20,000 bases of DNA from assembly GCA_035650735.1 (NCBI GenBank), contig DASRGZ010000040.1, positions 46,507-66,506 of the forward strand. Direction: 5' to 3'. Both the position numbers and the translations under genes were made by a program. The stretch is from Chthonomonadaceae bacterium (GTDB lineage: Bacteria; Armatimonadota; Chthonomonadetes; Chthonomonadales; Chthonomonadaceae). Below, in pieces: positions 1 to 7,078 of the stretch; position 1 is the stretch's first letter; every line of letters starts with the position of its first letter. A model generated the notes under the pieces. The model did not search any database and was not told the origin of the DNA. It saw nothing but the letters and a program-made list of their open reading frames with translations.

Positions 1-128
1 AAGTCGCTGGTATCGGGACGCTTCACATCCGGCTTGTTCGGGCCGCCATCATCGCCGCCTTTGCGCAGCGGATCGGTCGGCAAGGTCGGCATCTGGCGTC
101 GCTCTTCGCCACGGAATATCCTCGTCAT
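1..128 (-). CDS. ubact: UBact-type prokaryotic ubiquitin-like protein (Pup analogue), 3' end truncated by the window edge
   Basis: Not in the ORF track. Manual translation from ATG at 128 gives MTRIFRGEERRQMPTLPTDPLRKGGDDGGPNKPDVKRPDTSD(L)..., with RBS AAGGAG at 144-139. It is small, disordered and Pro/Gly/Asp-rich, and its ERR..P..P and DDGGP..P...RPDT..L pattern matches UBact proteins as I recall them. It lies directly downstream of dop, the position Pup/UBact occupies. The diagnostic C-terminal G-E/Q is outside the window. Confidence 0.85.
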   Translation of the reverse strand, partial: MTRIFRGEERRQMPTLPTDPLRKGGDDGGPNKPDVKRPDTSD

Positions 129-138
129 GGGTGGTTAT

Positions 139-144
139 CTCCTT
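139..144 (-). promoter_or_regulatory. Shine-Dalgarno AAGGAG for the UBact gene
   Basis: Minus strand reads AAGGAGATAACCACCC-ATG(128), a 10-nt spacer. Confidence 0.75.
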
Positions 145-241
145 GTCTTAGCGCTCAGTCGCGCGGATGCAAGTGCAGTGCTCTACGAAATCAGCTTGGA
201 TCATCTATACGCAAGATTGCCATCCGTTCGTGCTATATCGG

Positions 242-1747
242 CTAGACCACTTCGTCAGAATGGCGAATCACGGCAACGAAATCCTCCAGGGTTTCGGCGG
301 CGGCGAGTTCCTCGTTCAAAACGCTGACGTTCTCCTCGACGAGCGGGTTCATATCGAAGAGCAGGTCTTCGCCGTTGTGCTGAAAGGCGATCCCGTTCCA
401 GCCGATACTGCGCACCGCCTGGCCGAACCGCTCCACGAACAGCCCCCGGATGAAGGCGCGGGTATCGGCGGGCGGACAGGACATGGCCGCCTGAATGCGC
501 GCATCCGTCACCAGACGCCGCATCTCTCCCGCCTGTTCCAGCCCATAGTAGAGCCCCTGTTCGGGATCAATGTTATGATAGGCCAGGTCAAGGCTCTGCA
601 TGTAGGGATCGTTCCAGCTCAGGCCCTCTTCGGCGCGGAAGGCATCCAGCAGCTTGAACTTGGCGACCCAGTCTAGCCGGTCGGCCAGGCTGAGCGGATC
701 GGTCTCCAGCGCCTCCAGCGTAGAGGCCCATTCCGCCAGCGTCCAGTCCGTCTCTTCGTCCCTGCCGCACAGGCGTTTTTCCGCCTCCTGTAGATAGAGA
801 CGTTGGATCTCCAGCGCGGTGACGGGGCTTCCACCCTGCCGCTCCACCCTCTGTTTCAGCGTGATGTCCCGGGAAACCTGCTTGACGGCGCGCACCGGGT
901 CCAGCAATTTGATGGGCGACGACCACCCTTCTTCCAGCAGCGATAGCACCAGGCTGGTCGTGCCGACTTTGAGGGCGGTAGCGTACTCGCTCATGTTGGC
1001 ATCGCCGCAGATGACGTGCAGACGGCGATAGTGGCGCGGCGTGGCGTGGGGCTCATCCCGTGTGTTGACCAGCGGGCGGTTATGCAGCGTGTCCACGCTG
1101 GCCTCGACCGAGAAGAAGTCGGCGCGCTGGGAAAGCTGAAAGACAGGAACGGCGCTGTCGTTTTCGACGTCCGACTTGCCCGCCCCGGCGTAGATCTGGC
1201 GCGTGGCGAAGAAGGGCAGCAGCGCCTGAATGAGGACGTCCGTGGGCACATCGCGGCGCACCAGGTAGCCTTCGTGCGTGCCGTAGCTGGCGCCGTGAAA
1301 ATCGGTGTTGTTTTTGTAGATGGTGACGGCCTGGCCGCGCTGCTGGGCCCGGCGCTGGGCCGCCGCGAAGACGATACGCTCTCCGGCTTTGTCGTGGGCA
1401 ACCAGGTCGCGTAGGCTGCGGCATTCCGGCGTGGCGTATTCGGGATGGCCGTGATCGTTATAGAGCCTGGCCCCGTTCGCCAGAACCCGGTCGCTGCGCT
1501 CCTCCTCGCGACTCATGGGAGGCGTGCCGGGCGCATCGAACTGCGCATCATCGGGGTTGGTGGAGAGATGCTCCACCGTGAACCCGCGCATGTCACGCCG
1601 AGGATCTTCGCCCCGGTAGTTCCAGCCGCTGACCGCCGGCCCGGCATGGCTGCGGACGACCGCGATGCTCTCGTTAATCCAGTCGCCGGCGCTCAGCCCC
1701 TCAACCACGATGCCATATTCCGTCTCGATCCCGAATAGCCTGTGCAT
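242..1747 (-). CDS. dop: Dop-family deamidase/depupylase (PafA/Dop carboxylate-amine ligase fold), 501 aa
   Basis: Motifs GIETEYG, NGARLYNDHGHPEYATPEC, KNNTD..GASYGTHEGY, NTRDEPHA, YRRLHVICGDANMSE, LDWVAK and DLAYH. The Dop-specific loop WNYRGEDPRRDMRGF (cf. WDY..ESPLRDARGF) and the position between arc and the modifier gene favour Dop over PafA. Confidence 0.9.
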   Translation of the reverse strand: MHRLFGIETEYGIVVEGLSAGDWINESIAVVRSHAGPAVSGWNYRGEDPRRDMRGFTVEHLSTNPDDAQFDAPGTPPMSREEERSDRVLANGARLYNDHGHPEYATPECRSLRDLVAHDKAGERIVFAAAQRRAQQRGQAVTIYKNNTDFHGASYGTHEGYLVRRDVPTDVLIQALLPFFATRQIYAGAGKSDVENDSAVPVFQLSQRADFFSVEASVDTLHNRPLVNTRDEPHATPRHYRRLHVICGDANMSEYATALKVGTTSLVLSLLEEGWSSPIKLLDPVRAVKQVSRDITLKQRVERQGGSPVTALEIQRLYLQEAEKRLCGRDEETDWTLAEWASTLEALETDPLSLADRLDWVAKFKLLDAFRAEEGLSWNDPYMQSLDLAYHNIDPEQGLYYGLEQAGEMRRLVTDARIQAAMSCPPADTRAFIRGLFVERFGQAVRSIGWNGIAFQHNGEDLLFDMNPLVEENVSVLNEELAAAETLEDFVAVIRHSDEVV

Positions 1748-1774
1748 TGTCGCTGCTGCTCATCTCCTTATTTT

Positions 1775-1928
1775 TCAACAGGATGAACAGGATTTCTCAG
1801 GATTTGCAGGATTAAGACCAAAGACTAAAGCCTTCCCGTCCACTAAGTTAAGAGATATAGGAACTTGGTTGGGTAGGTAGGTTTTAGAAATCCTGTTTAA
1901 TCCTGCATAATCCTGTTCATCCTGTTGA
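1775..1928. repeat. 154-bp inverted-repeat element: perfect 20-bp terminal IR, each arm with four CAGGAT units (MITE/REP-like)
   Basis: 1775-1794 TCAACAGGATGAACAGGATT is the exact reverse complement of 1909-1928. CAGGAT at 1779, 1788, 1798, 1807; ATCCTG at 1890, 1900, 1910, 1919. The core is AT-rich relative to the flanking genes. Confidence 0.85.
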
Positions 1929-1933
1929 GGTCT

Positions 1934-3760
1934 TTAAATGATATTGCGGCGGGTGGCGTTTAGCTGCTTCTTGGCGCGAATAGGCTTGATGGTCGCCACG
2001 TTCTCCGGGTCGTAATCGAGCAGCTTCAGCCAATCTTCCTGCGAGTCGCCCTTCGGGAAGATCTCGTTCTCCTTGAACTCGACCCGGACCGCCTTTTGGA
2101 GATCGTCCAGCGAGATGCCTTCGTGCTCCGACTGCTTGAGAATGCTGCGCTTGATGGCAAAGTCCTTTGCACGCTCGGTCACCGACTTGATCAGGGCGCC
2201 GCTGATGAGGTCCTTCCAGTAGAGCGTCTCGGTGCTGCCGTTGCGCAGGAAGACCTCCAGGAACTCGGTTTCCTCGTCGCGTCGGAACGTGAACTCGGTT
2301 ATCAGATCGAGCAGCTCATCCATCGCGGCGGTACAGTCACCCTTATGCTCCCGGATCAGGTCCGGGTCAATCGGCACGTCGCTCAGATAGATTTTATAGA
2401 TGTCGCGCGAGGCGCGGCGGTCGGGCCGTCCGACCTTCACCTTGCGGTCAATGCGCTCCGGGCGCAGGATGGCTGGGTCAATGTAATCGGGCCGATTGGA
2501 GGTCAGCATCACGACCACGTTCTCTAGGTTGACCAGGCCGTCCATCTCCGCGCAGAACTGCGGCACAAGGGTATTAGAGATATTCAGCCAGCGCCCAGAC
2601 GAGCGCGTGCGCAGGAGCGACTCGGCCTCATCAATGAAGATAAAGACCAGATGCCCTTCCTTTGACTTCTCCCGCGCCTGCGTGAAGATTTCGCGCACCA
2701 TGCGCTCGCTCTCGCCCAGCCACATATTGAGGATTTTCGGGCCGTTGATGTACATGAAGTACTCTTTAACGTCCCGCCCGGTCTGGCTCCGGTATTCTTG
2801 CGTGAGGTTGTAGGCGGTCGCCTTGCCGATGAGAGTCTTGCCGCAGCCGGGAGGGCCGAACAGCAGGATGCCTTTGAGCGGGCGCTTGCCAAACCGTTCA
2901 AAGAGCTCGGGATAGAGCAGCGGCAGCTCAATGGCGTCCTTGATGACGCTGATGGCCTCCTCCTGCCCGCCGATCTTGCTCCAGGGCAGAACAGGAACCT
3001 CTTCCAGGTAGTAGTCGCGGGTCTCTTTCTCCGCGAAGTACTCCAGGGCCACCTTGAAATTGGGCTCCATGCGCACTTCCGCGCCGGTCTTGAGCGGCAA
3101 GTCCAGAAGAGGCTCGCCCCGGTAGACCACGCGCGACTGCATCCCCTGCGCGTCCATCGCCACGCGCAGCCGCCCATCTTCCAGTACCTCGCTTATCTTA
3201 ACGATGGGGCCGCCCTGCGCGAAGCCCAGGTCGCCGATGACCGCGAACGCCTCGTTCACCTTGACCTGCGTGCCGATCTTGAAATCGGGGTTCTCCAGCT
3301 TGGGGTCCACGTTGGCGATGTATTCCTGGTCGCCCAGGGCAATGCGCACGACCAGGCCGGGCTTTTCTTCGGATTCCGGCTCGGCGGGCTGACCGAGGCG
3401 GCGGCGCGGCTTGGGCTTTTCCTCGGTGGGCTCCAACATCCCCAGGAAGACGCCAATGCGGTTGGCGGGCGAGGTCAGCTTATTATAGGCCTCCTCAAAC
3501 TCGGCGATGACTTTCTTGGCCTCTTCCATCATGGCCTCATCGGCCTGGACCTGCTCGCGCAAGGCCATCAGGTAGCTGAGGCGCACGTCGTTGCGCGGGG
3601 TCATGCGGATGATCTCATCCAGCAGCCAGAGGGCGCGCAGCTGCATGTCGGAGGAGGAAGCGGCCTGGTTATCGTCACCGAAGGCGCTGTCGTTATAATC
3701 GTCGCGGTTGCCGCCGAAGTCCATGTCGTCGCGGCGGTCACGGTCACGGTCTCGTCGCAT
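1934..3760 (-). CDS. arc: Proteasome-associated AAA+ ATPase (ARC/Mpa family), about 608 aa
   Basis: N-terminal coiled coil ending KLTSPANRIG, two OB-like segments, Walker A GPPGCGKT, pore loop KILNMWLGESER, Walker B IFIDEAES, SRH SNRPDYIDPAILRPERID, ARC-typical FLEVFLRNG.TETLY..DL.SGALIK. Start moved from 3814 to ATG 3760 because AAGGAGAGG (3772-3764) lies immediately upstream. Confidence 0.92.
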   Translation of the reverse strand: MRRDRDRDRRDDMDFGGNRDDYNDSAFGDDNQAASSSDMQLRALWLLDEIIRMTPRNDVRLSYLMALREQVQADEAMMEEAKKVIAEFEEAYNKLTSPANRIGVFLGMLEPTEEKPKPRRRLGQPAEPESEEKPGLVVRIALGDQEYIANVDPKLENPDFKIGTQVKVNEAFAVIGDLGFAQGGPIVKISEVLEDGRLRVAMDAQGMQSRVVYRGEPLLDLPLKTGAEVRMEPNFKVALEYFAEKETRDYYLEEVPVLPWSKIGGQEEAISVIKDAIELPLLYPELFERFGKRPLKGILLFGPPGCGKTLIGKATAYNLTQEYRSQTGRDVKEYFMYINGPKILNMWLGESERMVREIFTQAREKSKEGHLVFIFIDEAESLLRTRSSGRWLNISNTLVPQFCAEMDGLVNLENVVVMLTSNRPDYIDPAILRPERIDRKVKVGRPDRRASRDIYKIYLSDVPIDPDLIREHKGDCTAAMDELLDLITEFTFRRDEETEFLEVFLRNGSTETLYWKDLISGALIKSVTERAKDFAIKRSILKQSEHEGISLDDLQKAVRVEFKENEIFPKGDSQEDWLKLLDYDPENVATIKPIRAKKQLNATRRNII

Positions 3761-3845
3761 TCGCCTCTCCTTGTTATGTCCGGGAGCCCGAGGACTTCCT
3801 GTAGACAAAGACATACTGGGCGCGCTTCGATGCGCACCCGGTCTC

Positions 3846-3874
3846 AGTATACCAAACTTTACGCGTGTTGGGAA
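3846..3874 (-). promoter_or_regulatory. Putative sigma70-type promoter for the arc-dop-ubact unit
   Basis: Minus strand TTCCCA (3874-3869), 17-nt spacer, TATACT (3851-3846), with an extended -10 TG (TGgTATACT). Confidence 0.55.
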
Positions 3875-3951
3875 GCGTAAGTTTCGCGCCTCCCAGTACG
3901 AATGTATACCTGTTCTGACGACAAGCGGCGGTATTTTTACACTTTCCTGGG

Positions 3952-3980
3952 TTGACCGCCCTTTCGCCCTGTGCTAAGAT
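3952..3980 (+). promoter_or_regulatory. Putative sigma70-type promoter for the HEAT/S41 genes, divergent from the arc promoter
   Basis: TTGACC (3952-3957), 17-nt spacer, TAAGAT (3975-3980), with an extended -10 TG at 3972-3973. Confidence 0.55.
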
Positions 3981-3985
3981 GAACC

Positions 3986-4100
3986 CAGGCTGGCAGAAAG
4001 AGCGGGCCTCAGACTGGCAGAAAGAATGGGTACGAGTAGGCTGCCCAGGCCAGCATAGGCGCAGCAATTGGGCTAGGATGTGCCCAGACTGGAAGCAAGA
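3986..4100 (+). repeat. Three imperfect 16-bp direct repeats in the leader of the HEAT gene
   Basis: CAGGCTGGCAGAAAGA 3986-4001, CAGACTGGCAGAAAGA 4010-4025, CAGACTGGAAGCAAGA 4085-4100. Confidence 0.55.
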
Positions 4101-4108
4101 ACCGGCTG

Positions 4109-5092
4109 ATGACGCGGCTGAGGCAGCAACAGGAACCGAAAAGCGTGAATCGCAAAACGGCTCAACTTATCCAAAATCTGACGACAGGCGATGTCGTCGC
4201 GCGCCGCGAGGCGGCAACCAAGTTGGGCAAGCGTGGCGGCCGGGAAGCCGTCGAAGCGCTCTGCCAGGCGCTACAGGATGGTAGCTGGCATGTACGCCGG
4301 AATGCAGCCCAAGCGCTGGGTCGGCTGGGAGATACCGCCGTTCTTGAGCCGCTCTGTCAGGCGCTGCAAGATAAGAGCCAGGGCGTCCGGCGCGCGGCGG
4401 CGACGGCGCTGGGCGCGCTGCAAGATGCCCGCGCGGTCGAACCGCTTCTCTCTGCTCTACGGGATAAGAAGGCGCTCGTTCGCAACAGCGCCTGTGAAGC
4501 CCTTATCCGGATCGGCTTGCCCGCCGTGGCCCCACTTTGCCAGGCGCTCGCGGAAGATCGGGAGCCTGTTCGCAAACATGCGCGCACGGCCTTACAGCAG
4601 ATATTGGAGCAGAATCATAAGCAGACGCTCTCCGCCCTGCTGGGAGACGCCCGACTGACGCCCCAGCAGCGCTGGATCGGGCTGGATGCGCTCTGTGGCT
4701 ATCGCGGCGGACGGTTTCTCGGCCCTTACTTTGCCGACACGCGCCGCTTCTGCGAGCGTGTCGCACGATCAGAGGATTTTGCGGAGCCTGCCCGCACTGG
4801 CGCGCACGAAGTTCTCAATTACCTGACGCTGGCCCGCCCCAGCCAGCGCGACCTGTCGGCGGAAAAGGATTCCCTGCTGCGCGCCGCGCACGGTACGGAA
4901 GCGACGGGCGGCGCGGATATTCTCCTGCGGGCCTCCAATTCAGAGCCTGAGGAACTTACAGAGGAGCGCGCGTTGCGGAGCGGCGCGTTGACAGTGTTTG
5001 CCTACCCAATCACGAAATCGGCGCACACCTTGCGCCGATTTGTGCTCCTCTGCCTGGATAGATTCCGAAATCTCTTTAAGCCGGACGACTAA
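4109..5092 (+). CDS. HEAT-repeat (PBS-lyase/HEAT_2-like) protein, 327 aa
   Basis: About five ~31-aa repeats of type AVE.LCQALQD....VRR.AA.ALG.LGD. An in-frame stop at 4037-4039 limits upstream extension; GTG at 4145 is an alternative start. Confidence 0.85.
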   Translation: MTRLRQQQEPKSVNRKTAQLIQNLTTGDVVARREAATKLGKRGGREAVEALCQALQDGSWHVRRNAAQALGRLGDTAVLEPLCQALQDKSQGVRRAAATALGALQDARAVEPLLSALRDKKALVRNSACEALIRIGLPAVAPLCQALAEDREPVRKHARTALQQILEQNHKQTLSALLGDARLTPQQRWIGLDALCGYRGGRFLGPYFADTRRFCERVARSEDFAEPARTGAHEVLNYLTLARPSQRDLSAEKDSLLRAAHGTEATGGADILLRASNSEPEELTEERALRSGALTVFAYPITKSAHTLRRFVLLCLDRFRNLFKPDD

Positions 5093-5185
5093 CGCCATCA
5101 GCAAAATAGGAACCTGACTCCACGCCGGTGGTGCATTGGACGAAGTATGCCGTCACCGTCGAGCCCTTAGCTGCCAGGGAAACAA

Positions 5186-6931
5186 ATGACGAAGCCACCG
5201 AACCCTCTCACCGAACGCGGCCTGAATAACCTGGTCGCCTTTACCCGGCTGCTCGGCTACGTCCGCCATTTCCATCCGAGCGACGAGGCGGCAGCCATCA
5301 CGGACGGCTGGCACCGGTTTGCGGTCGAAGGCGTACAGAGCGTGGAAGGCGCGACAGACTCCTGTGACCTGGCGCATAGGCTGTCAGCCCACTTCCGCAC
5401 GGTTGCGCCCACGCTGCGCGTCTTTCTGACGGGACAGCGCCTGCCGCTACCCGTTGAGTTGTTCCCGCCTGCGAACCGGCAGGGCCTGGGTGTCATGATG
5501 TGGCGGCATGAGGGCTACGGCGCTCCGCGCTTTGCCCGTCCCTACCGCAGCGTGCGCGTCCGTAAGTCCACGCCGCAGGGATGCATTCCCAAACGGCTGC
5601 CCGATCCCCGCCAGCCCTATCGCGCCGACCTGGGTGGGGGCGTTTCCTGCTGCGTTCCCCTCGCGCTCTGGACGGACGCCAGAGGCACGCTGCCGCATCG
5701 GGCGCAGCAGAAACGGGCCTCTACTTCCGAACCGAGGGAGTATTTGGGTGACGACCGGGCGGTTCGCCTTGCGGCGGTGGCGCTGGCCTGGAACGTATGG
5801 CAGCACTTCTATCCCTATTTCGATGTGGTCAAGACCGACTGGCGCGGCGTCCTGCGGGAGACCCTGTGCGCCGCCGCGACCGACTACGACGCGACCGAGT
5901 TCCTGAGCACGCTGCGGCGCATGAATGCGCAGTTGCAGGATGGGCATGGGTACGTCCAGAGGCACGCCGATTGGCGGCGCTATGCGCCCCCGTTTCACAT
6001 GGACTGGATCGAGGAGCGGCTGGTGATAACCTCAGTCACGCCGGAAGGCGCGGGCGGGCTGAGACCGGGGGATGTGGTTCTCCGCGTGGATGGTCAGCCT
6101 GCCACAGGGGCGTTGGAGTCGCAGGAACGTCTGGTTTCGGCGGCGACGCCGGGCCGCAGGCGCTTCCGCGCCATCCAGGAACTGCTGGCGGACACCGACG
6201 AATCCGAAATGGTCCTGGAGATAGCGACGGCCACGGGGCAGCCGCAGGCGGTAACGGTGCGCCGCTCTGTCCTTTGTCCCTCTTACTGGGACCTGGGCTT
6301 TCTGCAGAGAGAATCGCGCCCGCCCAAGATAGTCGAGATGCAGCCGGGCCTCTGGTACGTGGACTTTTGCCGGACGGAGGACAGCGAGTTTTACGCCGTG
6401 CTCTCGCATCTGGCGCAGGCGCGGGGCGTCCTCTTCGATGTGCGCGGCTATCCGAGCGCCATTTCGTACCATACCCTCGCACACCTGATTGACGCGCCGA
6501 TCACCTCGCCGAAGCACTGTCTTCCGACGCGGCTGTACCCGGATCGGCAGCGCGTTGAGTGGGACGTTCGCCAATGGGATCCTATCTTCCCGGTCGCCCC
6601 ACGGATCGCAGGCAAGATCGCCTTTTTGACCGATGAGCGGGCCGTCAGTTGGGCCGAGACCTATCTAGCGTTCGTCGAGCATTATCATCTGGGCGAGATC
6701 GTCGGCGCGCCTACGGCAGGAACAAATGGGGCGCTCAACGAAATCGAAGAGATCATCGGGGGCTATCGTCTCTACTGGACGTGCTATCGCGTTCTCAAAC
6801 ACGACGGCTCACCGCATCATGGCATAGGCCTCCTGCCCACGATCCCTGTTACGCGCACCCTTCGCGGCGTCGCAGCAGGACGGGATGAGGTAATGGAACG
6901 TGCACTGGAAGTTGTCTCTGCCCGGCCCTAA
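5186..6931 (+). CDS. Peptidase family S41 protein with PDZ-like domain, 581 aa
   Basis: WNVWQHFYPYFD, L.DGHG, PDZ-like GLRPGDVVLRVDG, VLFDVRGYP, catalytic-Ser segment FLTDERAVSWAE, GEIVGAPTAGTNG, and GIGLLPTIPV. Confidence 0.85.
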   Translation: MTKPPNPLTERGLNNLVAFTRLLGYVRHFHPSDEAAAITDGWHRFAVEGVQSVEGATDSCDLAHRLSAHFRTVAPTLRVFLTGQRLPLPVELFPPANRQGLGVMMWRHEGYGAPRFARPYRSVRVRKSTPQGCIPKRLPDPRQPYRADLGGGVSCCVPLALWTDARGTLPHRAQQKRASTSEPREYLGDDRAVRLAAVALAWNVWQHFYPYFDVVKTDWRGVLRETLCAAATDYDATEFLSTLRRMNAQLQDGHGYVQRHADWRRYAPPFHMDWIEERLVITSVTPEGAGGLRPGDVVLRVDGQPATGALESQERLVSAATPGRRRFRAIQELLADTDESEMVLEIATATGQPQAVTVRRSVLCPSYWDLGFLQRESRPPKIVEMQPGLWYVDFCRTEDSEFYAVLSHLAQARGVLFDVRGYPSAISYHTLAHLIDAPITSPKHCLPTRLYPDRQRVEWDVRQWDPIFPVAPRIAGKIAFLTDERAVSWAETYLAFVEHYHLGEIVGAPTAGTNGALNEIEEIIGGYRLYWTCYRVLKHDGSPHHGIGLLPTIPVTRTLRGVAAGRDEVMERALEVVSARP

Positions 6932-7068
6932 AGGACTGGGCTGTGGGCGGCAAGCCCCCGGAAGGGGGCTCTCCCTTCTGGTAGCCCCTGAAAGAGGCAA
7001 ACCCACCTATGAGAGCCCGCTTGAGCGGGCTTGCCATCGGCAGCCCACCCCTAAAGGACTGGGCTGCC
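6920..7068. repeat. Composite REP/BIME-like palindrome cluster at the convergent S41/gspD junction (possible bidirectional terminator or mRNA stabiliser)
   Basis: 18-bp direct repeat CCCTAAAGGACTGGGCTG at 6926-6943 and 7049-7066, each within a hairpin. Further hairpins AGCCCCC-GGAA-GGGGGCT (6953-6970) and AGCCCGC-TTGA-GCGGGCT (7014-7031). GGCAAGCCC (6949-6957) is the reverse complement of GGGCTTGCC (7027-7035). Confidence 0.75.
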
Positions 7069-7078
7069 ATGTGATGAT

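Noticed and set aside
1..128. Calling the small ORF actinobacterial Pup
   Set aside because: The DDGGP..P...RPDT pattern fits UBact better, although the C-terminus that would decide it is not visible.
34..676. Plus-strand ORFs 34..327 and 167..676
   Set aside because: Antisense to ubact and dop, with no recognisable motifs; shadow ORFs of high-GC sequence.
242..1747. Calling this gene pafA (ligase)
   Set aside because: The Dop loop (WNY...PRRDMRGF), the GASYG motif and the position upstream of the modifier gene all favour Dop.
1775..1928. Intrinsic terminator, IS element or CRISPR array
   Set aside because: No U-tract follows the stem in the transcribed direction, there is no transposase or target duplication, and the units are 6-10 bp without unique spacers.
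2798..3880. 360-aa plus-strand ORF
   Set aside because: Antisense mirror of arc with no domain features.
3952..4284. 110-aa ORF as a real gene
   Set aside because: Its TTG start is the predicted -35 box, it overlaps the HEAT gene out of frame, and it has no RBS. Kept only as a weak leader-peptide alternative.
5186..6931. S41 peptidase as a substrate of the adjacent T2SS
   Set aside because: T2SS substrates need a Sec or Tat signal and none is present; the gene is convergent, not part of the operon.
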